A model generated the notes under the pieces. It had not been told where the DNA came from and made no database searches. It was given only the letters and a program-made list of their open reading frames with translations. Positions 9,135-18,516 of a stretch of 26,868 bases of DNA are shown here, one piece after another (within the stretch, counting starts at the first letter, position 1; every line of letters starts with the position of its first letter). Origin of the DNA: a virus (lineage: Duplodnaviria; Caudoviricetes). The position numbers and the translations under genes are program-made. Location: positions 1 through 26,868 of IMG/VR virus record IMGVR_UViG_3300025288_000094; one strand, given 5' to 3'.

Positions 9135-9158
9135 CTTGCGCGCTAAGCTGCTACTGCT

Positions 9159-11801
9159 GTGGCAATCAACAACCTCGGACTCGGCTTCGTTTTCACTGCG
9201 CGCGATCGCGCGAGTGGCACGATCAATCGGGTCGGGTCGAGCTTCCAACAGACAAGCACCAGGGCGCGTCTCTCTGGCCGGGCAGTGCAAGGGGCGATGT
9301 TGGGCATCGGCGCCAGCGTGGCGTCAGCAGCTGCCGGCGTGGGCATCCTTCGCTCGGCCTTTGCGGCGGCTGAACAGTCGGCAGCGTTCGGTCAGACCAT
9401 CGCTCGCATCGGCGCCTTGACGCGGGCGAGCACGCAAGAGCTTGGGCAGTTGCGTGACACGGCCATCCAGGCAGGCATCGCGACGCAGTTCAGTCCCCAG
9501 CAAGCGGCCGAAGGCCTGTCCGAGTTGGGCGTCCGAGGTTTCACTGCAAGCGAGTCCATGCAAGGGCTGACTGGCGTCTTAGACCTAGCGGCCGGTGGCA
9601 ATATCTCGGTGGCCGACAGCGCGCAGACCGTAGGCGCTGCGCTTCGCGTCTTCGGCATGGATGCGAGCCAAGCGGGAGCCGCCACAGACCGCTTGCTGCG
9701 CATCTCGAACGTGACTGCGTTGCAGGCGAACGACCTGGCAATCTCACTCGGCAACGTCTCGCGCGGCGCGGGCATCGCGCAACAGAGCCTCGACGAGATG
9801 CTCCCCGCCATCGGCCTCGTTCGCAACACTGGCGTTCAGGCGAGCGTGGCGTCGAACGCTGTCTCCTCGGCGCTCATCTTCATGGCCCGCAACGCGCGGA
9901 AGTTCCACGATGTGGGCGTAGAAGTTACTGACGCGCGAGGGAACTTCCGTCCTTTCCTAGACATCGTGCGCGAGACGGACGTTGCGCTTGGTTCGAGATT
10001 CACGAACGCGGCCGACCGTGCCACCCATGCAGTCGAGCTGTTTGGGCGCTTCGGCGTCACGGCCTTCCAGGGCGTCTCGAACCAGATCAGGAACGGCGTC
10101 AGGAACTCAGAAGGGGACATCGTGCGCGGAGCCGCCGCCGTCGACTTTCTTCGCCAGACGATGCAGAACGCAGACGGCGCAGCTCGTGAGTTCCGAGAAC
10201 AGTTACTCGACACGTTCGCTGGCCAGCAAACGTTGTTGGAAGGCACTATCGAGACTCTTAGGACCGTAACCGGAGGCTCCTTCGCTCGCGTTTTCCGGCC
10301 GTTCGTGACTGCGATCACCGATACGCTCAACGTCTTCATCCGCGTCTTCCAGAGCATCCCAGAGCCAGTGCAGTCCGCGCTCGCCGCCATCGTGGTGGGC
10401 ATCGGCGGCATCTTAACCGCGCTCGGAGGCATCACAGCGATCGGGTTCGCCATCGGACTGATCGTAACCTTCGGCGAGATCGTGCTGACCACGCTTGGCG
10501 TTGTGGCCGTTGCGCTCTCTCCAGTGATTGCTGGCTTCGTTCTGCTGGCTGCCGTCACCGGCACGCTGGTCGCTGCCGCGCGCCGCAACATCGGCGGTTT
10601 CGGCGACGCTGCAACCTCTGCCTTCAACAAGGTGAAGCTGGCCTTCAGTGCAGTGATCCAGCTCTTCTCAGACGGCGGCTTCTCGGGCGCTGTGCGCGAC
10701 GAGCTGAACAGCGCGGAGAACCAAGGCGTGCGTCGCTTCGCCATCCAAGTCTTCCGCATCGGTGGGCGCATCAGGAGCACTTTCGAGGGCATCGTGGGCG
10801 GCGCCACCACGGCCTTCGAGGCTGGCGCGCCTGCGATTCGCGCGCTGATGGACGCGTTCCACGAACTCGGCGTCTCGCTCGGCTTCGTCTCCGAGAGCAT
10901 CGAAGGCGTGGCAGGTCTTCCGACTGACGATGCTCGTTCGTTCGGGGAGGTGATCGGCCAGGTCGTGGGGCGCGCGCTCGTCTTCATCGTGGACGTGGTG
11001 AGGATGGCAGTGAACGGGTTCACGATCATGGTGGAGACGGGCAAGGCCATCTGGCGGACCTTCGGACCGACCTTCAGCGCGCTCGGAGATTTGTTCTTGG
11101 AGGTCGGCTCAGCTGTCGGTGAACTTTTCGGCCAGTTCGGCGCGATGGCCGCTTCCGGCCGAGATGGGAAGGACAGTGCGCGATCGCTCGGCACCACGAT
11201 TGCGTCTGTGCTTTCGCCCTCCATCTTTGTCTTCACGCAGGTGCTCGGCGCGTCTTTGACGGTGCTCAAGCTCGTGATCGGAACGATCGGAACGCTGCTG
11301 CACACCGCACGAATCGGCTTCGGCGGTTTCATCGGCTTGATCACGCAACTGCAGGTCGCCTGGTTGAACCTCGGAGATCACATCACCATCGCAGTCAACG
11401 GTATCCTTGCAGACGTCTTGCGGCTTGTTCGCGGGCTGCCTTCCCAGGTGCAGTCGTTGCTCGGGATCAACGTCCAAACGGTGGGCGCCGCAGAGACTGG
11501 CCTGATCACGCAACAGCGCCAGGCGAGAGCACGGATCCGCGTTCGCAACGCGACTGGTGACCTGCTTGCGGAGCAGGCCATGCCGGCGTCTGCGGAGAAC
11601 GCTTCGCGCATCCAAGCCGCGCGCTCGTCGCAGAACCAGGCAGTGGCCGGGATGATTCGCGAGCTTGGGCGGCAGCCGGTCAACGTGACCTCTGTTCTAC
11701 AAGTCGACGCTGAGGTTCTCGCTCGTGCGACGCAGCGAGGCGAACGTTCGTCGAAGGCCGGCGGGTTTGCTCCCGTCGGGCCGCTGGCAACGGAGGACTG
11801 A
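9159..11801 (+). CDS. Tail tape measure protein (TP901-family core)
   Basis: 880 aa. LGLGFVFTARDRAS start, ATQFSPQQAAEGLSELGVRGF...GVLDLAAGG core, central hydrophobic segments, Ala/Gly-rich helical composition. Confidence 0.92.
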   Translation: MAINNLGLGFVFTARDRASGTINRVGSSFQQTSTRARLSGRAVQGAMLGIGASVASAAAGVGILRSAFAAAEQSAAFGQTIARIGALTRASTQELGQLRDTAIQAGIATQFSPQQAAEGLSELGVRGFTASESMQGLTGVLDLAAGGNISVADSAQTVGAALRVFGMDASQAGAATDRLLRISNVTALQANDLAISLGNVSRGAGIAQQSLDEMLPAIGLVRNTGVQASVASNAVSSALIFMARNARKFHDVGVEVTDARGNFRPFLDIVRETDVALGSRFTNAADRATHAVELFGRFGVTAFQGVSNQIRNGVRNSEGDIVRGAAAVDFLRQTMQNADGAAREFREQLLDTFAGQQTLLEGTIETLRTVTGGSFARVFRPFVTAITDTLNVFIRVFQSIPEPVQSALAAIVVGIGGILTALGGITAIGFAIGLIVTFGEIVLTTLGVVAVALSPVIAGFVLLAAVTGTLVAAARRNIGGFGDAATSAFNKVKLAFSAVIQLFSDGGFSGAVRDELNSAENQGVRRFAIQVFRIGGRIRSTFEGIVGGATTAFEAGAPAIRALMDAFHELGVSLGFVSESIEGVAGLPTDDARSFGEVIGQVVGRALVFIVDVVRMAVNGFTIMVETGKAIWRTFGPTFSALGDLFLEVGSAVGELFGQFGAMAASGRDGKDSARSLGTTIASVLSPSIFVFTQVLGASLTVLKLVIGTIGTLLHTARIGFGGFIGLITQLQVAWLNLGDHITIAVNGILADVLRLVRGLPSQVQSLLGINVQTVGAAETGLITQQRQARARIRVRNATGDLLAEQAMPASAENASRIQAARSSQNQAVAGMIRELGRQPVNVTSVLQVDAEVLARATQRGERSSKAGGFAPVGPLATED

Positions 11802-11802
11802 G

Positions 11803-12351
11803 ATGTCCATGCAGGACGCAACGCAAACTCCGCCTCGTGTCACGATCACAGACCTGGCTTCGGGCTTCACATTGGACGTGCAACACAACCCGGAGCGCCT
11901 GCGCGAACAAGTGAGCGCCAACTACGGGAAGCTCACCGTGCCTGGCATGTCGCACGAAGTCCCGCAATTCTCGAACACGGCGAGCGAAGCGTTTGAGTTC
12001 AGGCTCGAGTTCCGAGCCACCTCACGTTTGGAGATGCAGATGATCCAGAAGTCGAGGCGGTTCCTGAAGTCGCTGTGCTTCCCTCGTGGCAACGCGGAGG
12101 ACGTGCGTGGCGGAGCTCCGCCTCGCGTGTTGCTCGTGTGGCCCGGGATGCTCTCCTTGACGTGCTTGATGGAGAGCGTTCAGATGGACCACGTTCTCTT
12201 CAACAAGAAGATGCAGTCCCGCGTCTACAGCGCAGACTTGAAGCTCAGCGAAGTTCGAGACTTCCGCATTTCATCCCAGGAGGTCTTCGGGGACAACCAG
12301 TTGCGTTACGGACTGGATCCCGAAGATTTCTTCACCGTCGAGCCGTCCTGA
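11803..12351 (+). CDS. Tube initiator / CIS tube-like protein
   Basis: ATG at 11803 with GGAGG SD. VQHNPERL...ANYGKLTVPGMSHEVPQF...APPRVLLVW, typical of Afp7/Pvc7-N-like proteins after the tape measure. Confidence 0.75.
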   Translation: MSMQDATQTPPRVTITDLASGFTLDVQHNPERLREQVSANYGKLTVPGMSHEVPQFSNTASEAFEFRLEFRATSRLEMQMIQKSRRFLKSLCFPRGNAEDVRGGAPPRVLLVWPGMLSLTCLMESVQMDHVLFNKKMQSRVYSADLKLSEVRDFRISSQEVFGDNQLRYGLDPEDFFTVEPS

Positions 12352-12704
12352 TGCCTCCGCGTTTGCACAGCCGCCACACGTTCACCTTGGCCACGCGCTT
12401 CACGGCCGACGCCCTTGGGCGCCGCTTCCTCACGCCAAGGGAGCCTTACCGTTTCGTCCAGCGCGACGACAACAGGATCCACGTCGTGCGCAGTGGCGAC
12501 TCGCTGTACTCGCTCGCTGCAAAGTATTTCCGCGGCTTCAAGCGGCCGGCTGGACTCTGGTGGATCATCGCCGACTTCCAGCCGCAGCCCATCCACGATC
12601 CGACCATCGTCCTGACGCCAGGAACAGTGCTCCATGTCCCATCGCGCAGGACTGTTGAAGAGGACATCTTCGGCGAGAAGCGCCGGTGGGAGTCGACTCC
12701 GTGA
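12351..12704 (+). CDS. LysM-domain baseplate protein (P2 gpX-like)
   Basis: TGATG overlap start. HVVRSGDSLYSLAAKYF...LWWIIADFQ...LTPGTVLHVPS LysM signature. Confidence 0.88.
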   Translation: MPPRLHSRHTFTLATRFTADALGRRFLTPREPYRFVQRDDNRIHVVRSGDSLYSLAAKYFRGFKRPAGLWWIIADFQPQPIHDPTIVLTPGTVLHVPSRRTVEEDIFGEKRRWESTP

Positions 12705-14200
12705 GCATCGAACCTTTCGACAGGACAGCGCCCTCGTTCTTCGTCACCATCGAAGGCGATTCTGGTCGCACCGGCCGGCTCATAGCGGAGTCACCAGTAG
12801 GCGCTGGCGACACTGTCTCGGATGGGAGCGCGCGCGTACTGAACTTCGAGTACACGGACTCCGAACGCAGAGCGGACTCGTTGAAGCTCACCATCGACAA
12901 CTTCGACCTTTCCATGTTCGACGATCCAGCGTGGAAGAAGGGCAACGCGATCCTCGTTCGCTGGGGCTACCCCGGACGCATGGCGCCTGAACGCCGCTGC
13001 ATCATCACGAAGATCACTGGTGCGCTCACGCTCACGGTCGAGGCGCGCGCAGAATCTGTGCTGATGAACATGCAGACGCGCAACAGGCTCTTCGAAGGCA
13101 TGAGCCGGTCGAGCGTCGCAGCCGCCATCGCAGAGGAGAACGGATACGGGATCGACGCACGGACGATCGAAGACACCGAGGTTGTGCTGGCGAATATCCA
13201 ACAAGCGCGGCTTACCGATGCGCAGTTCCTGACGCGACTCGCGCGTGAGGAGGGCTTCGAGTGGTTCGTGGACTTTGACGGCTTCCACTTCCACAGTCGG
13301 CATACGGACCAGGCGCCGTTGCGCGTCTTCACCTACTACACAGATTCAGGCATGGGCGAGATCCTCTCGTTCAACATCGAGAACGACATCACCGCTCGAC
13401 CGGGCCGGATACGAAGGAGGGGCAGGAACTCCATCACCGGCCAGGACGTGGAGGGCGAGGCGGGAACGTCCACCGAAGGCGACGGTGCGGCGTCAGCGCG
13501 CAGGGAGTCGCTGGCGCAAGGCGAGTCAGAGGAGGAGGCCGACTACAAGGCGCGGTTGGCCACAGCGAAGGCGTCCGATGGACCGAGGCGAACCGCGCTG
13601 ACCCATGTCATCGAGATCGTCGATCAAGACACAGGCTCCAGTCGCGTCGAGAAGCGCGTGGCCCAGGAAGACATCGCGCCCGACGCTGGCGTAGATCAAG
13701 ACGCGCTGACCCGACGCGCAGCGGGCCTGCACAGGCGCCACCAGCAGACAGCGGTCAAGCTCACCTTCGAGGCCGTCGGCGACCCGCTGTTGCTGGCAAA
13801 GACGGTGATCGATATGCGCGGGCTCGGGCGCAGGCTTTCGGTGCTCTACTACGTCAAGGAAGTGATCCACAAGAATGGGCCGGGCAGCTACACGATGAGC
13901 GTCAAGGCCGTGAGCGATGGCAGCGGCGGACACGACACCACGAGCCGCGCAGCGCGCGGGATCGAGTTGTTGAACCCAGGGCCGCTTCAGAACGCTCCAG
14001 TGAACACTCCTCCGGCCACGGGTAGCGATGGAACGAACACGAACACAGCGGACGTTCAGGAGCTGTCTCCGTTCTCGATCGCCGACCAGAACGATGGATC
14101 AGTCGTGGAAGGATTCCGCGATCAGCATGGGCGCGTGTTCCGCACGAAGACCGAGGCGAACGCGGCCGACTCGGCGCGCGCGGAAGCGGGAGAGACATGA
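12701..14200 (+). CDS. Baseplate hub protein (P2 gpD / T4 gp27 / VgrG-N-like)
   Basis: GTG at 12701 with GGGAG SD. ADSLKLTIDN, VRWGY, QQARLTDAQFLTRLAREEGFEWFV, GDPLLLAKTVIDMRGLG...YYVKEVIH. Confidence 0.88.
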   Translation: MSIEPFDRTAPSFFVTIEGDSGRTGRLIAESPVGAGDTVSDGSARVLNFEYTDSERRADSLKLTIDNFDLSMFDDPAWKKGNAILVRWGYPGRMAPERRCIITKITGALTLTVEARAESVLMNMQTRNRLFEGMSRSSVAAAIAEENGYGIDARTIEDTEVVLANIQQARLTDAQFLTRLAREEGFEWFVDFDGFHFHSRHTDQAPLRVFTYYTDSGMGEILSFNIENDITARPGRIRRRGRNSITGQDVEGEAGTSTEGDGAASARRESLAQGESEEEADYKARLATAKASDGPRRTALTHVIEIVDQDTGSSRVEKRVAQEDIAPDAGVDQDALTRRAAGLHRRHQQTAVKLTFEAVGDPLLLAKTVIDMRGLGRRLSVLYYVKEVIHKNGPGSYTMSVKAVSDGSGGHDTTSRAARGIELLNPGPLQNAPVNTPPATGSDGTNTNTADVQELSPFSIADQNDGSVVEGFRDQHGRVFRTKTEANAADSARAEAGET

Positions 14201-14781
14201 GTGGAGAGCACGACGGAGAGGGCGACCCTCGCTACACCGCCGTCTACGGTGGTGTCGTGGTACGCCGAGACGACCCTTTGAAGATCGGACGCGTGAAAGT
14301 GCGGGTCCCTGGACTCATCGAGCCCGAGTCCGGCTGGGCGTTGCCCGGCACGATCGGCGGTGGCTCGCCCGGACGTGGGATCTATTTCGTGCCCGAAGTG
14401 GGGTCTGAGGTAGACGTCTGGTTTACCCAAGGCGACCCAGATCACCCGCGCTACATCTGCGGCAACTGGACGGCGCGTGGAGGCGTCTCCTCGGTCAACG
14501 CGCGCGTCGTTGGGAAGTCGGCTGAAGAAGCGCCGAAGGTGAAGGTGATCGAGACCGAGCGCTGGCTGATCGTGCTCGACGATTCGGACCTCACGCCGGC
14601 CCTGCTCCTGCAAGACAAACAAGGGCTCGGAGACAAGATCGAATTCGACGGGCTCACCCGCCAGATTACCCTCATCGCCACCACTGGGATCACCATCCAG
14701 TCGCTCGGCGCGATCGACATCAAAGGGCTTGCCGTCACGCTCAACGGCAGGCCCGTTCTCCCTTCCTCCGAACCCATCTAG
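14197..14781 (+). CDS. Baseplate spike protein (gpV / gp5 OB-fold)
   Basis: 194 aa. GVVVRRDDPLKIGRVKVRVP...WALP...GIYFVPEVGSEVDVWFTQGDPDHPRY. Confidence 0.92.
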   Translation: MSGEHDGEGDPRYTAVYGGVVVRRDDPLKIGRVKVRVPGLIEPESGWALPGTIGGGSPGRGIYFVPEVGSEVDVWFTQGDPDHPRYICGNWTARGGVSSVNARVVGKSAEEAPKVKVIETERWLIVLDDSDLTPALLLQDKQGLGDKIEFDGLTRQITLIATTGITIQSLGAIDIKGLAVTLNGRPVLPSSEPI

Positions 14782-14790
14782 GAGCTGCAG

Positions 14791-15486
14791 ATGGCGAACG
14801 ATTGCGTAGAAGTCGTGGTGCAGAACCAGGAACTGTGCCTGACGTTCCCAGGGGGCGCGAAGGTGTGCGCACAGGTGCCTACCGCTGGCGGGCCCTCGCC
14901 TCTCATGCTGGCGAAGCAACTTATGGCTCAATCGTCGGCTGCGCTCGCGCCGCTCAACCCGATCTTCGACATCATCGGCGCAGTCGTTGCGATCAAAGAT
15001 TTCGCTGACGCCGTGGCTTCCAACCCTTTCTCGGTGGCGAGCGCCGTGCGGAACTTGGCAAACAAGGTGGACCAGCTCCTGAGCCTCATTCCGCAGCTCT
15101 CTGTGCCGCTCATGATCCTGACGCACGTCGACCTCGTCCTCGCCTACCTTCAAGGTCTCTCTGCGGAGCTCGACGCCATGGCGTTGCAGGAGGCTTCGAT
15201 TGCAGCCTCGTTGGAAGTCGCCGAGCAACAGAACCTCGCAGTGCTCTCCGACGTCGCAGCGTGTGCTGGGTTGCAGCTCCAAGCTCAACTCTCGAACCTG
15301 AAGGCCGGCGCTGGCCCGGTGGACGGGTTGATCGAGGTGCTCAACACCTTCGTCTCGCTCGTGCCCGGCATCCCGCAGATCCCTTCGCTGGGCATGGCGA
15401 ATGGTGGGAGCGTCGCGGAGGCGAAGGACGCAGTTTCGCAAGCCGTGGTCGTCCTGACTGTTGTGCGAAACAGCATCCCCATCTGA
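14791..15486 (+). CDS. Hypothetical helical/amphipathic protein after the spike
   Basis: 231 aa, AGGAG SD. N-terminal Cys-containing segment then long Leu/Ala-rich amphipathic helices. Confidence 0.75.
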   Translation: MANDCVEVVVQNQELCLTFPGGAKVCAQVPTAGGPSPLMLAKQLMAQSSAALAPLNPIFDIIGAVVAIKDFADAVASNPFSVASAVRNLANKVDQLLSLIPQLSVPLMILTHVDLVLAYLQGLSAELDAMALQEASIAASLEVAEQQNLAVLSDVAACAGLQLQAQLSNLKAGAGPVDGLIEVLNTFVSLVPGIPQIPSLGMANGGSVAEAKDAVSQAVVVLTVVRNSIPI

Positions 15487-15487
15487 A

Positions 15488-15583
15488 CGCACAGGCCGCG
15501 CTGTGGGGCGCTCGGCGGCCACGGCGCGCATGGGTCCATCCCGACGCGTGACTCGCCCACAGCGGCGCCCAGCGCCCAGCGCG
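15488..15583. repeat. Dispersed intergenic element, copy B
   Basis: cgcacaggccgcgctgtggggcgctcggcggcc matches the reverse complement of copy A. CTGTGG(15501)-N50-CCACAG(15562). Confidence 0.7.
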
Positions 15584-15664
15584 TGACACGCATGCGAACG
15601 GCGGGCCGACGAAACGGTTGACGCCACGGCATCAAAGGCTCCCGTTGTTCCACTGACTGAGGCG

Positions 15665-15701
15665 TTGGACCGGCAGGGCGCGCGGTTGTAGTATCTCCTC
15701 C
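15665..15701 (+). promoter_or_regulatory. Putative sigma70-type leaderless promoter
   Basis: TTGGAC (15665-70), 18 nt, TAGTAT (15689-94), 7 nt (ctcctcc), ATG at 15702. No SD. Confidence 0.5.
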
Positions 15702-16145
15702 ATGACCACGTCTGGCAACGACGCGTTCCTTGGCTACGGCCTGTTACGCCCTTTCGTGCGCGACAAGAAGTCCGACTGGGCGTCGGCCGGTGGCGTGCGC
15801 TTGGTGCGCGCCGCCTTGGGCCAGATCCTCGGCACGCGCGCCGACTCGGACTTCAGCCAAGGCGAGCTGCCGTGGCGCACCGAGTTCGGCTCCTTGCTGC
15901 ATCTCATCCGGCACAGGAACAACGACGAGACGACGCGGGAGCTTGCCAGGGTGCATATCGCGAACGCGTTGGCTCGCTGGGAGCCGCGCGCGCGGCTGAC
16001 CGGCGTCAAGATCGTGAGCGAAAGCGCTGGCGACCAGCGAGACGTTGTGACGGCGATCCGCGTCTATTTCGACCTCGTGAAGCACAACGTGCCGGGCAAT
16101 GCCGTCATGTTGCAGGGGCTCGAAGTCGAAGTCCCGTTGGGATAA
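15702..16145 (+). CDS. Baseplate wedge / sheath initiator (T4 gp25 / gpW-like)
   Basis: 147 aa. FLGYGLLRPF...LGQILGT...GELPWRTEFGSLL...ALARWEPRARL. Confidence 0.92.
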   Translation: MTTSGNDAFLGYGLLRPFVRDKKSDWASAGGVRLVRAALGQILGTRADSDFSQGELPWRTEFGSLLHLIRHRNNDETTRELARVHIANALARWEPRARLTGVKIVSESAGDQRDVVTAIRVYFDLVKHNVPGNAVMLQGLEVEVPLG

Positions 16146-16154
16146 GGTGACTCC

Positions 16155-17669
16155 ATGGCTCTCGTCAAGACGACCGTCGACTACACCGACAAAGACTTCG
16201 ACGCGCTAAGAGCGCGCTTGATCAACTTGGTGCGCGGTGCGTTTCCCGAATGGACTGACTTCAACGTCGCAGACTTCGGAAACATCCTGCTGGAGATGTT
16301 CGCTTTCGTCGGCGACACCTTGCTCTACTATCAAGACAATCAAGCTGGCGAGTCGCGCATCTCCACTGCGCGCTTGCGCAAGTCGTTGATCGGCATCTCG
16401 AAGCTCATCGGCTTCGTGCCCACAGGCGCGACTGCTTCGACCTTGGAACTCACAGCGACTTTGGCTGCTTCGCCTGTCGGCTCCGTGACCTTCGAAGTCG
16501 GGGACACGTTCCGCACCCAAGAGATCACATCACCCGTCGTTTTCCATCTGCTCGCTGAAGTCGTCATTGCGGCTGGCGCGCCAACGCCCATTGCCTTGTT
16601 GCAGGTGGAGAATTCCGCCTTGGCATCGGACGTGTACTCCTCGACCACGCTGGCCAACCAAGAGATGCGGCTGACGAAGTCCCCTTACCTCGACGGCTCC
16701 CTTGTCGTTACGGCCGGCGACGGCGTCTACACGCACGTCGAAAACTTCCTCTCCTCGGCTTCCACCGACCGGCACTTCACGGTGGTAGTCGATGAGAACG
16801 ATCGTGCCACTGTCAGATTCGGGAACGGCATCGCTGGCTCGGTCCCAGTGGGCTCCATCACGTTCGACTACAAGACCGGCGGCGGGACGACTGGCAACGT
16901 TGCAGCCGGTACAGTCGTCAAGGCCGACAAGACCTACTACGACAGCTTCGGCAACCCGCAAACGTTGAGCGTTACAAACCTCGCAGGAACGAGCAACGGG
17001 TCAGACCGTCAGAGCGTGGAGTCCATCAGGCTCGCTGCGCCGGAGTCGGCTCGCATAATCACGGCAACAGTGGGCAGGGAAGATTACGAGATCAACGCCA
17101 AGCGCGTGCCTGGCGTGACGCGCGCACTGATGCTCACCTCAGACCAGTTCGCTGGCATCCCCGAGAACTCTGGTGTGCTGCGCATCATCCCAAACGGCGG
17201 CGGACTCCCTTCCTCGGCGCTCAAGGCAGACGTGCTGACGATGGTCACTGTGACCTACCCGAACCACCTGACCTTCACGCTGTCCGTGGTGGACCCTGAC
17301 TACCTGACGATCGACGTGCAGGCGACTGTCTTCCTTTCCTCAGGTCAGACGCCGTCGATTGTCGATGCGAGGATCAGGTCTGCGCTTGCGGACTTCTTCG
17401 CGCTGAACCTGTCCGACGGGTCGCCCAACCAGTTGATCGATTTCGGCTTCAACTTCAAGGACGCGAGCGGCAACCCGGACGGAACCATCGCCTGGTCTGA
17501 CGTCTTCAACGTGGTGCGAGACACCAGCGGCGTCCGCAAGATGGGCGATGGGCTTGGCGACTTCTTGCTCAATGGAGAGCGATCCGACGTGATTATCGGC
17601 AACGAGAAGTTCCCGGTGCTCGGAGGTGTCGTGCTGTTGAACGGCGAGACCGGCACGGTGCTCGCATGA
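16155..17669 (+). CDS. Baseplate J / gp6-like wedge protein
   Basis: 504 aa. DYTDKDFDALR...PEWTDFNVADFGNILLEMFAFVGD, VRFGNGIAGSVP, YKTGGGTTGNV, DYE...VPGVTRA. Confidence 0.93.
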   Translation: MALVKTTVDYTDKDFDALRARLINLVRGAFPEWTDFNVADFGNILLEMFAFVGDTLLYYQDNQAGESRISTARLRKSLIGISKLIGFVPTGATASTLELTATLAASPVGSVTFEVGDTFRTQEITSPVVFHLLAEVVIAAGAPTPIALLQVENSALASDVYSSTTLANQEMRLTKSPYLDGSLVVTAGDGVYTHVENFLSSASTDRHFTVVVDENDRATVRFGNGIAGSVPVGSITFDYKTGGGTTGNVAAGTVVKADKTYYDSFGNPQTLSVTNLAGTSNGSDRQSVESIRLAAPESARIITATVGREDYEINAKRVPGVTRALMLTSDQFAGIPENSGVLRIIPNGGGLPSSALKADVLTMVTVTYPNHLTFTLSVVDPDYLTIDVQATVFLSSGQTPSIVDARIRSALADFFALNLSDGSPNQLIDFGFNFKDASGNPDGTIAWSDVFNVVRDTSGVRKMGDGLGDFLLNGERSDVIIGNEKFPVLGGVVLLNGETGTVLA

Positions 17670-18508
17670 CGACAGTCAACGGCAGCTTCGAGACCGCGAC
17701 AACGGGCGCCCATCCAGGGCTCGCTGATTCGTGGACTCGTACTGTCGTGGCGACTCAGGAACGCTACGCGGAGTTCTCCAAGAACGAGGGAGACTACGAC
17801 ACGTCAGGACAAGAGGACTTCGAGCGAGGCTGGACGCCTCCCGTTGACCAGCTTTTCCTCGACGAGTTCAACGTGGCCGCGTTGGTAAGCGACTTTTTCG
17901 GCACGACGGCGCGCGTTGCGGAGGGGTTCGAGACCGAATGGGGCACGCGCTCCCAGGGCGAGTTCGCGTTGTCGGCCTACGGTTTCGCCGCGTTCGGCGC
18001 CGAGTCGATGGAGACTTTCGAGAGCGGCTGGGGCTCGACTCCGTTCGACTTCCCAGATTCCACAGTGATCTACCTTGCCACGTTTGACACGGTGCCAGAG
18101 TTCTACGAGGACTTCGAAGAGGACTGGGCTTCGTTCGTGTTCACGCTCTCGTCGACAAGCGCATTCTTCACCGAAAGCCCGCTTACGTTCGTGCCATATG
18201 AGTCGTTTGAAACGTCCGCGTTCGACCTGGCAGACGTCACAGTGACGCCGTCCACAAACAGGGTCGACAAGATCGCACACGGGCTGCAACTGAACGACGT
18301 GATCACTTTCTACAATGAGGGCGGCAGGTTGCCAGACGGCATCCTCGCGGACACTGACTATCTGGTGTTCTCGGTCACCCCTGACGACTTCCAGATTCGA
18401 GCGGTGCTTGGTGGCGCCGCAGAAACCATAGTAGACAATGGCTTCGGGACTCACTTCGTCCGGCATGATCCGGCTTCGTGGTGGGTCGATGAACTTCTCG
18501 GCGTGTAG
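17666..18508 (+). CDS. Acidic structural protein with ExFExxW repeats
   Basis: 280 aa, ATGA overlap. Repeats EDFERGW, EGFETEW, ETFESGW, EDFEEDW. C-terminal AHGLQLNDVITF...LPDGI...TDY beta domain. Confidence 0.75.
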   Translation: MTTVNGSFETATTGAHPGLADSWTRTVVATQERYAEFSKNEGDYDTSGQEDFERGWTPPVDQLFLDEFNVAALVSDFFGTTARVAEGFETEWGTRSQGEFALSAYGFAAFGAESMETFESGWGSTPFDFPDSTVIYLATFDTVPEFYEDFEEDWASFVFTLSSTSAFFTESPLTFVPYESFETSAFDLADVTVTPSTNRVDKIAHGLQLNDVITFYNEGGRLPDGILADTDYLVFSVTPDDFQIRAVLGGAAETIVDNGFGTHFVRHDPASWWVDELLGV

Positions 18509-18516
18509 GAGATTCC

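Noticed and set aside
9131-9150. Small inverted repeat (agctt/aagct) before the tape measure gene
   Set aside because: Only a 5-6-bp stem, too weak to call a terminator.
9836-11344. 502-aa minus-strand ORF
   Set aside because: Antisense shadow of the tape measure gene, expected from high-GC codon bias; no recognisable motifs.
3584-15583. Elements A and B as inversion recombination sites
   Set aside because: Cores differ, no recombinase is visible, and inverting 12 kb of co-oriented essential tail genes seems implausible.
14122-15627. 501-aa minus-strand ORF
   Set aside because: Arg/His-rich shadow frame opposite the spike and its downstream gene.
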